A stretch of 64,000 nt of DNA from the human T2T-CHM13v2.0 reference genome, Homo sapiens, in NCBI RefSeq assembly GCF_009914755.1, contig NC_060934.1. One strand, given 5' to 3'. A program made the position numbers and the translations under genes. Of the stretch, positions 1 through 15,828 are shown in pieces. The notes under the pieces are model-generated. The model saw only the letters and a list, made by a program, of their open reading frames with translations, searched no databases and was not told the origin of the DNA. How positions within the stretch are numbered: position 1 is the first letter of the stretch; the number at the start of each line of letters is the position of its first letter.

Positions 1-1819
1 CAGAGAATTCAGTCAGTTATTCAGCAGAGCTCTGGCTTCTGAGACTCTCTGAATACATCAGGCACAGAAATTCATTTCATAGTTTTTCAACTGTGAACTT
101 GTAGGAGTGTGGAGTTAGATAACATCTAGTTGCCCAGAGATTTAGAGATGAGCTAGCCTGACTTGAGAAATGATATTATTTGTAAAAACTGGACATTTAT
201 CATTGCTACTGTTACTAGGTTAGAAATGTAAGCAGGACTTTGGAGTTGTCAGAGGGACTTGTGTTCACCTGTGGCTCCTTGACCTGTGTCATTCTGGTTG
301 TGGCCTTTAACCAACAATCTGCACACTGGTTGTCTCACTTCTTGCCAGGTTTTTGACAGAGCGGAGTGGGAAACGTGGGCTCAGGCCCAGGTCAGGGTCC
401 AGTGATATGGGTTCCATTTCCTTTCTTCTTAAAAAGGAGTGCGCACCAGAGTCGGGGTCAGTGATACTAAAATGCTGTAGGCTTGAGACAGGTAGAGCCG
501 GAAGGGGCTAGTGGGGGTAGAGTCTGGGCTGGGAGTGGAGTGGGCACAGCAGAATTTTGGGCTGGGAGGACAGCTGAAGGAGAAGACAGAAGAAGGGCTT
601 TCTCTATCCCTTGATGGGATGGGACATCGTGCAGTTTCTCCTTGGACATAACTGACTTGAAACTCTCCTTGAACTCTAGGTGCCACATATTTTTGGTGTT
701 ATAACTCAGAATAATGCTAGCCTGAGCTCCCATGTGGCCGATTAGTGTCCTGCTTAGGGTCCTCTCTCCTCTTGAATTAGCTCAGGAATCCCTGGGGGCT
801 TTATGGTTCCCCAAAGCTGAGTCATTACAACATTCACATGGGTGTGAAGTGCTCTGGTCTTAAGGAACTCCTGCAGTGGCTCCTGGAGGCCACAGGGGGT
901 CACTGTTGGCAGCCATCAGGCGTTGCCCGCAGGCTTCAGGACCACAAGGGTGGTTGGCTGCCGACCTCAGAAGCCTTGGATAAGGGTTGAGAGAGCCCTT
1001 TCCCTTGGCCCAAGTTTAGCTGTTGTCGAACTTTGCTTACCTCGTCTTGAGTGCCAAACCCATTCTTCCACCAAGGGACCATGGCTCCAGCAGGCCGAGT
1101 CACAAAAGGCCTGTGTGATACCCTTCAGCATCTCGGCTGCCTGTTTTCCCTCCCTAGGGGTCAGAGGCTTTTCCTGCTCACACTTGTTTTTTCCATTCTC
1201 TGACAAGAGCCCCTGACTCCACACATCTCCTCTGCTCCCACATCACTTCCCCACCTCCACTCAGGGATGGACCCTTTCTAAAGGTGCCATTTCAGCTTCT
1301 TTATCTCACAGTAAACACGACAATATCAGATAATATTTAATAAACCTAGCCCATGCCAGGGCTTTCCAAGCCCGCCATGTACTGTCCCATTTACATCTCA
1401 GAGCAACCCAGTCAGGCCCCCACTTTATGGACAAGGAAAGAAGGTGTAGATAAGGTAATTCAGGTTGCCCAAGATCACACGGAGCAGAATTTAAACACAT
1501 GCACTTTCACATACAATTCAAATCTTTACTGATTTCTTTCCCCATATTATAGGATGGTTCATTAATTTTCAGGGACATTGTTCTATTCACCCAAGGGATT
1601 ACTACAAATTAATGTTGCTTTGAAGCATGGAGTTTCTCTGCAGGATGTAACCGGATCATCTGAATTCTACAGGACACTGAGCTTTTTCTGTCTGGGCAGG
1701 GGAGTAGGGTGGGCCTGAGATTTCTGAGCTGACCCGGTTGGTCTGAGTTGGTGAACACAGCTGCACAGAGGCAGGTTTGTAGCTTGGTGGGAGCGTGGTG
1801 GAGCTACAGTGCAGAGTGG

Positions 1820-1821
<2 letters not shown>

Positions 1822-1853
<32 letters not shown>
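1822..1853. repeat. (TG)n microsatellite, ~16 units
   Basis: Uninterrupted tgtgtg run. Confidence 0.95.
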
Positions 1854-1856
<3 letters not shown>

Positions 1857-3478
1857 GGGAAGGAGCCCACTGAGCTGAGAAAGTAAGGAAAGTAGGCAGG
1901 GCACTTCTCAGGGCCTTACCTGGCAGGCCAAGGTGTTTGTATTTTCTGTGTGCAGTGGGAGCCACTGAAGGCTTTTGAGGAAGAGAATGGTAAGATTAGA
2001 GCTGGGCTTTAGGAGAATGGGTTTAATCTTTGTGTGACAAATGGCTCAAGGCCCCACCTGTCTGAATTCCAAAAACCCGGCTCCCTAGTCTGCATACGAT
2101 TTCCTTCTGTAGCCTGCCTGCCTGTCTGTCACTGAATGTCACTGTCTCTCAGGGGCTGTAATCTTCCAAAAGTCACGGTCCTTGTAGGGCACGAGCTTCT
2201 AGTTTTTAGTTTGCAGTCAAATGTCTGCAAAGCCCATCCCGGGGCATCCTGACCTTGTTGGAGCCTTTCGTCACAATACAAGGCTGGTATCATGGTGTTC
2301 TTAGGGTCTGGAACTTACAGACCTCCCTTTTGAGTTTTAGAAGCCGCAACATACGGATGTCTTCTCAGGGCCACTTGGCAGACACAAGGCCCTTCCTTGA
2401 GGAACACAAAAAGTGGAAGGCCAGAGAGAGGGGTGTCTTGGAGTCTTGTAACATAAGGAGTGACAAACCACTGAAACCTCAGTTTTCTCTCTGGAATGGC
2501 CTCTTCCCTTTTCTTTCTCTGGAAAACTCTTATTGATCTTCCCACACCCAGTCAAATTATTTCCTGTGATGGCTGCTGGCTCCCCAGCAGAATGCGAGGC
2601 TGCTGCCCCTAAGCTCTGACAATACTTTATTGGTCTCTTTTTTAAATGATGCTCACTACTTTCTTCATTATGCTAGAGATATTTGTTGGTCTTATTTTCT
2701 CAACTTGCCCCTGAGTGCCTTGAAAGAAGGATTTGCTTCACTGTTATCTCTGTATCCAACTCAGGGCCTAGTGCAGCACTAAATACTTAAATTGAGTCCA
2801 ATCAGTCATACAAAAATACGTATCGCCTGCCGACTGTGTTCTTGGCACTAGAATATAGCAATGAATAGACCAAAGCAAACTCTCCACCTGCCCTCGTGGA
2901 GTTCACAGCCTAGTGGATATTCTGTATGGGACACCCATGGGGGCACTTCCATAAATACCTTCTGAGGGACAGACTTCATGCTGCCTTCTTCAGATCTGGG
3001 AGATGTTCTGTTCCCAGAAAGGGTTCTTTGACAACTTGTGAAGTAGAAATGCTTTCTTTCAGGAACAGGTCTACTGACCTTTATCCTGCAAATACTCACA
3101 GTGCAGTTCTTGGTAGGTGCCTGCTATGCATGTCTTGAGTGGCACTGGAGTAGAAAGAAACTAAGATTTTACTCTGAGAAGAGAAGGTGACTCACTAGGG
3201 CTGGGGCATTAGCCTGGTGCAATTAGAAGAACAAGGCCAGCAAGAGGTTTTTTTGCAAAATAGTTGGATTTTAGAGGCAGATAGGGGCCTGCCAAGATGC
3301 AGTGAGACTACAAAATAATTGGTTTTAATTCCAGAATTTGCCTCTAATGGGTTTTGTTCCCTTTCTGGCATTTTCCAGGTCCCAGAACTCCCATTTGAGA
3401 TTTAGAAGCACAGATATCTTTTCAAGGCCACTTGGCTGAGACAGGGCCCTTCCTTGAGGAGCACAAAAAGATGGAAGA

Positions 3479-3783
<305 letters not shown>

Positions 3784-4189
3784 CTATTAATATATGTGTA
3801 TGTGAAGACAGAGGGCTAGAGAGCGGGGTGTCTTGGAGTCTCGTAAGCTGTTAGAGTTAGCAGAAGATCCTCTTCCCCCTCCCTGCCCACACAGTCACCT
3901 ACCAGCTCTCAAGGTCATGGGAAACCAAGAAAGGGTTCCAGAACTGGGACACCAGTGTTTCCAACAACTCATCTTGTGGTAGCAGGAAGGACAGTTTCTG
4001 GCCTGGTCCATTAACCCAGTTGGGCAAATTGCTGTCCTTCCTTGAGCCTCAGTTTCCACATGAATAACATGAGGAGGTTGGGCCAGATGGTCTTTAAATG
4101 CTCCTTTGTTTTTTAGTAGGAAAGAGCTCTGGTGTCAGATACACAGGGTTTTAAATCGAAGGTAGCTGCTTGAGTGGTGGGACCACGGG

Positions 4190-4400
4190 GTGGAAAGAAC
4201 AGTGTGGGTTTTAGAGCCAGGCACACCTGGGTTTCTGTCCAGGCTCTGCTCCTTATGAGCTGATTTACTTTGGGCTAGTTACTTAACCTCTCAGAGGCTG
4301 GTTTCCTCACCCATAAAGCAGAAATAATGATGTTCCCTGCCTGGGTGGTTGGGGGAAGTCCCTTAGTGAGATAATGCAGGGAAGGCACCAAGCCCAGGGC
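4190..4400 (+). mobile_element. MIR SINE fragment
   Basis: MIR core-like CTGGGTTTCTGTCCAGGCTCTGCT...AGTTACTTAACCTCTCAGAGGCTGGTTTCCTCACCCATAAA. Confidence 0.65.
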
Positions 4401-4735
4401 TTGGCATTGTCAATGTGGGTGACGGTGGTAGTGTCTGGAGATGCTGGCCACCTTGACGGGTGAGCTGAGTGGGCAGAGGATTTGAGGAGCTGCTCTGAGC
4501 AGGGCACTCCCAGGAAGAAATAGATAGGGAGATGGAAATTTCCACCCCAAGGTGGCTTGGCCATTCTGGAATGGCGTCACAGGAACAACCAGACAACCCT
4601 AAACCGTCAGGGTATCTTTACCTCTGTAGGGACAGGCTTGCCCTAGGGGTGCTGCTAGGGCTGGGCGGGGCCTGCTCTGTCATTCTGGGTTCTGAGCTTC
4701 CTTGCAGCCAGGTGAATCCTGAGGTTCCTGGACTA

Positions 4736-4802
4736 TTAGGTTGGTGCAAAAGTCATCGCGATTTTTTGCCACTACATTGCAATTACTTTTGCACCAACCA
4801 AA
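4736..4802. mobile_element. MADE1 MITE (Hsmar1 mariner-derived palindrome)
   Basis: TA|TTAGGTTGGTGCAAAAGT...ATTACTTTTGCACCAACCAAA|TA: Hsmar1-type terminal inverted repeats with a TA target duplication. Confidence 0.9.
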
Positions 4803-4856
4803 TACTTCCTGTCCCAGCTGGCGCAGTGCACCGCCTGGGCTGCAGATCTGGGCTAA

Positions 4857-5195
<339 letters not shown>

Positions 5196-6090
5196 TAGTT
5201 TGGGGCTAGCATTTCCCCTCTGGACTTCAGCCCTAGTCTAGGGTAGGAGAGGGAGGAGAGATGTGGGAGTTGGAGATTTGTAATAACTTTGGAGTTCTGG
5301 GAGCTTTGACCTTTTTAAGGTCAAGGATTCCTTTGAGAATCTGAAGAAAGCGGTGTACCTTCTTCCCCCTCAAATATGCATATATAAAGATCTAGAATGT
5401 TTGCATACAATTTGAGACTCTAAGGGCCTCCGGCTAAGAACTTGTAGTGAGACCTCAGATGGGTAAAGCATGGCCGGGCAGCCTGGACACCAGGGCTTGC
5501 TGCCTGTCGGAGCCCCAGGCAAGCCAGTTTTTCTCCAATTGGAATAGTAGGTTTGCAGTTTAGCATGGTTGGTTGCAGGCGGGTCCTCACACACATTTGT
5601 GTCCCCTGAGGGTTTGTTTGGCAAGGGCACTTAGGTGACTGTCCGAAATTGCCAGGACCAAAGGTTAGGAGGTTGCAGGGAACCTCTCTTCTTTCTACCT
5701 GCCCCCACCTTAGGCCACCCCAAGGTTTGGCCTCTCTCCTCTTGGGTGCCCTCCTTCCCTCATCATTGTTGAACAACCACTGTCCCCAGGAGGGCCAGAG
5801 GCTGGGTGGTGAGCACCTGCCTGCTCCTTTAACCTCAGGTAATCTGCAGAAGAGTCCAGTCACCCCCAGATAATGAAGGGGTGTCTGAGTTTTGCTTTGC
5901 CTCTGCCTGCAGTCTAGGGACAGTTGATGTCTTCATTTCTTCCCCTCCCCCCTTCCCACCCTTTCCTTTCTTGTCAAGTATAAGATTCCCAAACCAGAAG
6001 GTTTAAAAAGGTATACTGAGAAATGGCTGACTCCCTCTCTCCCTCCATCTACTCCATTCCCCCTTCTTCCAGAGGTCACTACTGTTCTTA

Positions 6091-6393
6091 GTTTTTTTTT
6101 TTTTCTTTTTTTGAGACAGAGTCTTGCTCTATTGTCCAGGCTGGAGTGCAGTGGCGTGATCTCAGCCCACTGCAAGCTCCGCCTTCCAGATTCACTCCAT
6201 TCTCCTGCCTCAGCATCCCAAGTAGCTGGGACTATAGGTGCCCGCCACCACACCCAGCTAATTTTTTGTATTTTTAGTAGAGATGGGGTTTCACTGTGTT
6301 AGCCAGGATGGTCTCGATTTCCTGACCTTGTGATCTGCCCACCTCGGCCTCCCAAAGTGCTGGGATTACAGGCGTGAGCCACTGCGTCCGGCT
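6091..6393 (-). mobile_element. AluY-like element
   Basis: Poly-T tail and Y-type motifs (GCAAGCTCCGCC, TTAGCCAGGATGGTCTCGAT). Flanking direct repeat CTGTTCTT. Confidence 0.9.
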
Positions 6394-6819
6394 CTGTTCT
6401 TCGTTTTTTATGTATCCACTCACTTTGTTTTTGCAGTTACCGTCATGAAAGGCCTTATTCCTCCTCTTTTTTTTTTGTGGAAAAGTTTGCATTTTATGCA
6501 TGGGGTTCTGCACTTTGATTGCTTTCCCCTCATTTAACTAGTTTTTAGAAGGCTTTTCATATCAATTCTTATATTATCTATTTAGGCTTTTTTTTTAACA
6601 GGTGCATAGTATTCTATACAATGTGCTGTAAATGATCTTTTTATTGTGTTGTCTTTTCCTTATTGAGTTCTAAGAACTCCTTACATATTAGGGAAGAGGA
6701 TTCTTTTGTCTGTGATAAACATTTTTTCTCAGTTTGGCACTTATTTTTTGATTTTCATATGAAATTTTTTGTCATGCAGGAATTCTTGATTGTTACAAGG
6801 TCAAATTTTCTTTTATATC

Positions 6820-7119
6820 TTCTTTTTTGTTTTGAGACGGAGTCTCACTCTGTCTCCCAGGCTGAAGTATAATGGCACCATCTTCGGTCACTCACTGCAA
6901 CCTCCGCCTCCCAGGTTCAAGTGATTCTCCTGCCTCAGCCTCCTGAGTAGCTGGGATTATGGGTGCGTGCCATCACACCCGGCTAATTTTTGTATTTTTA
7001 GTAGAGACAGAGTTTCACCATATTGGTCAGGCTGGTCTCGAACTCCTGACCTCAGGTGATCCACCTGCCTTGGCCTCCCAAAGTCCTGGGATTACAGGTG
7101 TGAGCCACCACACCCGACC
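6820..7119 (-). mobile_element. AluS (Sx-like)
   Basis: Full dimer with CTGACCTCAGGTGATCC. Flanking direct repeat CTTTTATAT. Confidence 0.9.
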
Positions 7120-7660
7120 TCTTTTATATTTTCTAAATTTGGGGGCATAGTTAGAAAAGCCATCTCCTCATCTATGCTTTTTAAAAGAAACCTAGAATTT
7201 GTCCCTCAGGCCCATTTGATGGAGCCACATGGACCATGGTGCAACCTGGCTCTGGGCTGGCTTTGTGCAGCCAATAGGGGAGCAGTGGCCTCATCCAGAG
7301 TGAGCCTCAAAGGGGACAAGCAGCTGTGCATACAGGGCAGCAGGCCCAGGCAGTGAGAGGGCCCTCCTACCAGCCTCTCTCCTATAGCCGCCCCATGGGA
7401 CGGGTGCCCATGGCCTCACTGCTGTCACCTCTGTGGCGCCTGTCAGCACACCTCATCTGTTTGTGCTAAGAGCAGATGCATGCCGCTGATGGGAGGAGAG
7501 GTTCAGATTCAGGAGTGAGGCTTTGGGCCAAGTGGCCTCGTGGAATACACATCTAGTATTTATACTCTTTTTTTTTTTTTTTAGTTTTGAGTATTTATTA
7601 TCCTTATTTTAATAAAATTTATTTAATTGCACATTTATTAGATTTAACTTTTCTAAAAAA

Positions 7661-7964
<304 letters not shown>

Positions 7965-9086
7965 TAATGATGGCTGTGTTTAACAACTGGCTTAGAAAAT
8001 TCCTGAAAATTTAACAGTCAGCTCTTGTGGACCAGTATACAAGCTGCTCACATATCTTTTTACCCAGGCCCTACTCTTTACTGCTGGTATGACTTTGGCT
8101 AGTAATTTCAGTGCCAGTATCTATACTAAGGAAATTATCTGCAAATTGGAAAAAGCGCAAAGATGATTATCATAGCATTATTAATAATGGCAAAAAGTCA
8201 GAAGCAATGTAATTGTTTACAGTGAATTTTGGTTAAGTCAATTCACTGGAATGTTTTCTGAAAATAAAAGTGACTCCTTTGAAGGGTTTATAACAAGGGA
8301 AAATGCCATAGATTAGCTGAAAAAGAAAAAAGAAGTGAAAACTGTCTAATTTATATAGAATGATCAAAATTTTAAGGTATATAAATGTAGCATTTATATT
8401 CTGGGGGAGTCAGATTCCCTGCTTAGAAACTCTCTGCTTAGAAACGAATTCAAATCGACTGCTTAGAAACAGAGGGACAAGAGTGAGTGAATTTATTTTT
8501 TGCTGTTACATATAACTTCCTATTGCCTTCTAAGGAAAGCGAGTCCTAGAAACTAGAGGAGTTTTTCCACCGAGCACAGCTATTTTTTGGGGGATGCAAA
8601 TGTGGAAGAAGAGGCTGGGTGAAGCAGGCTGCCCTGCACTGCTTAATGAAGAAGAAAGACATCTGAGGTTACTGAGAAGGAAGAGTGTGAGGACTGGGAA
8701 CACAGGCTGGCTCTCTGTAGGGCTGTAGGGGGTAAAGGAAAGCCCAGAGTGGCAGCGAGTGGGAAGACAGGGGCTGGAGGCCAACTCCACAGATGACAGC
8801 TGTAAGCCATGCAATGTAACCTCACCCTCTGTCCTTCCAACATCTTTTCTCAAATCTACAGTGTTCACTACTGTGTGTGTGCATGCATGTGCATGTGTGA
8901 ATGTATTCAGTTTAGGGCGAGTAAAGAAATGCCCCACGGATTTATTCTGGGCTTATAAGGAGGTACGCTGAGCACAGTGTCAAAGTGAGGGTACAGGGCA
9001 AATATGGAGACCACATGAGAGGACAGCTGACATTGATTTTATAAAAAACAAGGATAACCATGAATTCTAAATGCCAGTACTATTAG

Positions 9087-10193
<1,107 letters not shown>

Positions 10194-10533
10194 CACAGGC
10201 AGGCGTCCCCTCAGAGGGCGGGGAGGGAGAGCTAAGGAGGGGACAAGACCCAGAATTGTTTCTGAGAGAGAGAAGGGGATGAGACACGCTCATTTACTTT
10301 CCGTCAGGAGCCTCCTTCATCCATGCTGGTATTTATGCCCTGGCCGTGCTCGAGGGAAAATGTGCCTTTTCTTTCCCTCAGACACCCCCTCCTAGCCTCT
10401 TTTCATTCTCACCTGTGTGGCTGTTTTTTGAAGCAATCGGTAACAGTTTTCTTTTAAATAAATAATAACAGATGGTACATTATAATCTGCAAAATGCCTT
10501 CGAGTACCTGGGCTGTTTTAATCCTCTTTGTAG

Positions 10534-11025
<492 letters not shown>

Positions 11026-12189
11026 TGAACGGGCCTCCCAACTCTTCTGGGAAGGGATGAACATGGCTCTCGCCCACTGCTGTCACCTCACAGCCTCTGT
11101 AGCCACCAAGGGCCCCTCAGAGGCATCTTCTTTGTGGTCATAAGACAGTGAGCCCTGAGAGTTGCATGAGCTGCTGGTGGCTAGGACCCCCATCCCTGGA
11201 TCCTGGCCACAGCCTGTCACACTGTAGGCTCTGGGTACATACTTGTTGATTAGATGACAGATGGCTGAATGAAGAGGTCAGTGTCACCCAAACATAGACT
11301 GTTAGGGCAGGGTGGCTCCTTGAAAGTCCCTCCTTGCTCACCTTGTTTCCAAAGCTCTGGCCTTTTTCCTGTCCCTCAAACAAGCCATCCTCTTTCCCAT
11401 CTCAGACCTTTTGTGCTTGCCGTGGCTCTGCTCACATTTTCTGTCTTCCAGCAGCTCTTTGCATGGCTGGCACATTCTCATTTTCCATCTCAAACATCCC
11501 CTCCTCAGAAAGGCCTTTCCTGAACTCCTTACCTACAGCAGCCTTCCCCAGTGTCCCTCAGCTCACCCTGCTCATTTCCTGGACAGAGTGTGCCCAGTTG
11601 GTATTTATCAGATTTACTTATTGTCTGTCCTCCCACCTGAATGTGAGCCTGTGAGGTTAAGGAGCTTGCTTGTTTTCCCTGTGCCTGGCTCAGTAAGTAT
11701 CCATGGGAAGAATGGATGAAGGTGGGAAGAAAATGTTTGGATTGGGATTAGATCCCAGGCTTTACAGTTCCGAAGAACAGCCCTTGCTTCTCTGCATTGA
11801 AAATCCAGAGCCACACATGTGAGGGTCAGATGAGCCTTCCCAGGTGGTCTTAATGCTTGGTGAGGTCAGGGACCTATGTATTAGGCCTCTCTGTATTCAG
11901 CCCTCACCCCTGCCTCTCACCCAGGGACCAAGTACAGAAATACCTCCAAGATGAGCTTGCCATCTTCCTCTGTTGCCACTGCTGTTGAGCTCTCCAACCC
12001 AATGAATAGCATCCGTGTCATGTTGGTCAGATTGGATATACCTCGGTCACAAATGCTTCTGAAGTCTCAGTGACCCCCACCAGTCAAGGTTTATTTCTTA
12101 CACATGTTACGTGCCCTTTGGGAGTTGGTTCAGACTTTAGTCTGCGCCTCAGCCTGAAGGAGCTGCCTCTATTTAAAACGCTGATGGTT

Positions 12190-12611
<422 letters not shown>

Positions 12612-15430
12612 TTAGCCAGAACCAATGTGGCGTCCATGGTACAGTGGATAGTTTCGAAGGATAATCTAGTCTGTTATGACCACCGTCCACTTTCAGACCT
12701 CTTTCTTCTCCCAGGTCACCACACATCTGGCAGAAGGTTGGACTGGCTCTTTAGGGCTCAGAGAGAAGACAGCACTCATGGCTGACTGAGCCATGTGTCC
12801 CTGGAGCTGGTGCTGGGGATTCTCTGCCTCTCCCTTCTGTCCCAGTTATGTGTCCCTGTAGCCCCGGTAGAACTTCCATTTAAGTCACCACTGTGCTTTT
12901 TCTTCAGACGTTACTATGGTCATGGAAGTGCAGCACTGGCATCTTAGGGAGCTGTGGAGTGTAACTCAGGAGTGGCACGTGGGTGAGAGTGGGCAGCTGT
13001 GCCGGGTGCTCCAACTGCCTTTGGCAGCCAGTGGAGAAGGTGCGACCAAGGTGCTCAAATTATTTTTAGCTTTGTTTTCTTTTTTGACTTTTTTTTTTTT
13101 TAAAAGGTAACTTTTATATTGTCACAGAACAAACAGAACCAAGATTTAAGTCTCACAATTTATGTAGCTAATTTCATGTTCTGACAGTTCTACCATAAAG
13201 CATGCAGAAAAGTTGCTGTTACACAGGCTGGAGCTATTTTGTGACAGAATTTTCACTGATCTGTGACAGAAGGAAAGAAAAAGGCTCACATATGGAGGGT
13301 GGCCAAGTAACTTTGCTTAGAAAGGACTGTGTCATATTCTAAGATTATATCCTTTCCTCAGTTTTAGTGTTAAAATGTCCTATCTTTTATGAATTGATGG
13401 GATAGTAAGTCATGGTTATTTTTATATATTGCCTTTGCTTGAAAAAGTAAAAAGTTAGCAGCCCGGGACCTCCCCCACTCCTGCTTTTTTTTTTTTTTTT
13501 CAACTTTACTCACTTATAAAATCCCAAAGTCTGGAACAGTGAGTGTGTTCCCACTTCTCTTTCAATATAGGAATTCCCTGGTGGAGGGGCTAGGACTTCC
13601 TCTGTACCAATTCCTACAGAGGCAGGTGGCCTGCACCAGTCTAATTTGTTAAGGAGTTTTTGCTGCAGGTTGGCAGGGGACTCGGCTCTCCCTGGGCTTG
13701 GTTGGGCGTCTCAGCTGGGGCATCTCTGCACCATGGATCTATTACACTCTTCTGGGACCAGTGGGCCAGCTCAGGCATGCTCTTCTCATGGTGACAGGAC
13801 AGACATCAGAGAGCAACTGGAAGCATGCCAGGCTCTTGAGCCCTATTCTTAGAGCCAGCACCTTGTCACTTTGCCTTGTACCTCACAGAGCTGAGGAATG
13901 GGAAAATATATTCTGTCTTTTTCTTACGAGGAACTGCAGAGTCCTATGTCAAAGGGTGTGGCAACAGAGAGGGAAGAAGAATTTGAGCCAATAATATAAT
14001 CTGTCAGAATCCCAATACAAATCTTTTCTTTCCCAGATAAAAGAGTCTTAGTTAATTCAGTTAGATTTCATATGCAGGTTAAACATGACTACTCGAATGA
14101 TTTCCTTCCCTTTCCTCAAACACATGTGGATTTGTGCCAGTGTTATCCAAACAGCAAATAGACAAAGAATCTGAAGATATGGGGTCCATTCTAGAACTTA
14201 GCGGCTCTGAGACCTTGGATGTGTCCTTTAAATTCCCCATCTGTGAAACTGGCATTGTAACATCTACTTCACAGGACACTTACGAAGATTGAGCCAACAG
14301 GAGTGCTTTGTCCACCATAAAAAGCCATGCCAGTGTGTTTCCTGATGTTTCCTGGGATCTGGGGTCAACCACCAGAGGCTCCTTTGGGAAATCAGGTTTG
14401 GGGAAATGGGCACAGAGTGCAGAGTGAGAGGGGACTGGGAACAGGCTTTTCTCTGGGACCACAGGGTTCTAGGTAGAGTCTCCTGGGTTACAAAGAGTGA
14501 TAGTAATTCCTTGTTTCTCCTTTGTTCATTGTTATGTTCCAGGAATTGGGAGAGAGATTGTAGTTATATCAAACTACTTGTGAGAAATGCTAGTACATAT
14601 AACCTTGGCTTTGGGGAAAAAGGTATTTTCAAAATTCGACATGTATCTAAAATTATTAAGAATGTTCTCTGTCTGAACATTGGCTCAGTCAGAACCCATT
14701 TCTCTTCCTGAGCTTTACTTCTACAAAAACAGTCACAATGTGGTCTATGATTTATTGTCTGGGTGACAACCCATTGGCTGCCTTGCTGCTTGCCCATAGG
14801 GCTTGGCACAGAATGGGACTACCCGGTGGGTGACATCATTGGCATTGGTAAATTATCTCCATGTGACCCTGCTCAGGTGCTGGGAGTGGATCTCAAGCGT
14901 GGCCTCACCTGGGCTTGGGTGGGCCTTTGGCTGTCCTCTGTAGGGTGTTACTGGCATGCTTCTTCGTGAGCAAGCACAAACGGGGGACCCCACCTGGGAG
15001 GAGGATACTCCCCAGCCATGTAGACAGTGCAGGGATCCCAGCAGTGAGGGGCAGCTTTCTTATGAGATGCGAGAGCTCCAAAGTAGAATGGACACTTCTT
15101 CCCACCTGCTTCCACTGTGACCTCAGAATACATTCAGAGAAGAGCACTGAAGGTCACAGAGCTGCTAGGGTCTAGAATGGGCCCCACATCTTCAGACTCC
15201 TCCGGATTGCTGTTTGGATGACAGCACACAAACAAAACATTGCTGTGTTTGAGGGAAGGGAAGGAAATATAAATCACAGAAGTCATTTTAATGATTACTT
15301 CGGGAATGTTTATCTTGGAAAGGAGAAGCTGTGGGGAGGAATGGGTAGAGGAACAGAACCACCCCCTCAGTCTCTGGAGTTCTGTCTTGAGAAAGGGGGA
15401 TTGCTAAAAAGGTCAAAACTGGGCTCCAGG

Positions 15431-15828
15431 TGTGTGAGGCTGTTTTTGTGTTGCTGTAAACAAATACCCGAGGCTGGGTAATTTATAAAGAAAAGTGGTT
15501 TAATTGACTCACAGTTCTGCAGGCTGCACAGGAAGTAGCACCAGCATCTGCTTGGCTTCCGGGGAGGCCTCAGGGAGCTTTTACTCGTGGCAGAAGGCGA
15601 AGCTGGAGCAGGCATGTCATGTGGCGAGAGTGGGAGGAAGGTGGGTAGTGGCAGGTGCCACACACTTAACCAGATCTCATGAGAACTCACTCACTGTGGT
15701 GAGGACAGCACCAAGCCATGAGGAATCTGCCCCCATGACCCAAACACCTCTCACCAGGCCCTACTTCCAACACTGGGGATCATGTTTCAACATGAGATTT
15801 GGGTGGGACAAATATCCAAACCATATCC
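15431..15828 (-). mobile_element. MST-family MaLR solo LTR
   Basis: TACCCGAGGCTGGGTAATTTATAAAGAAAAG...CAGATCTCATGAGAACTCACTCAC...CATGAGATTTGGGTGGGACAAATATCCAAACCATATC. Confidence 0.85.

Noticed and set aside
8419-8470. Repeat-spacer pattern reminiscent of a CRISPR array
   Set aside because: The repeats are 12 bp with 3- and 13-nt spacers in primate DNA, with no cas genes. Kept only as a possible repair scar.
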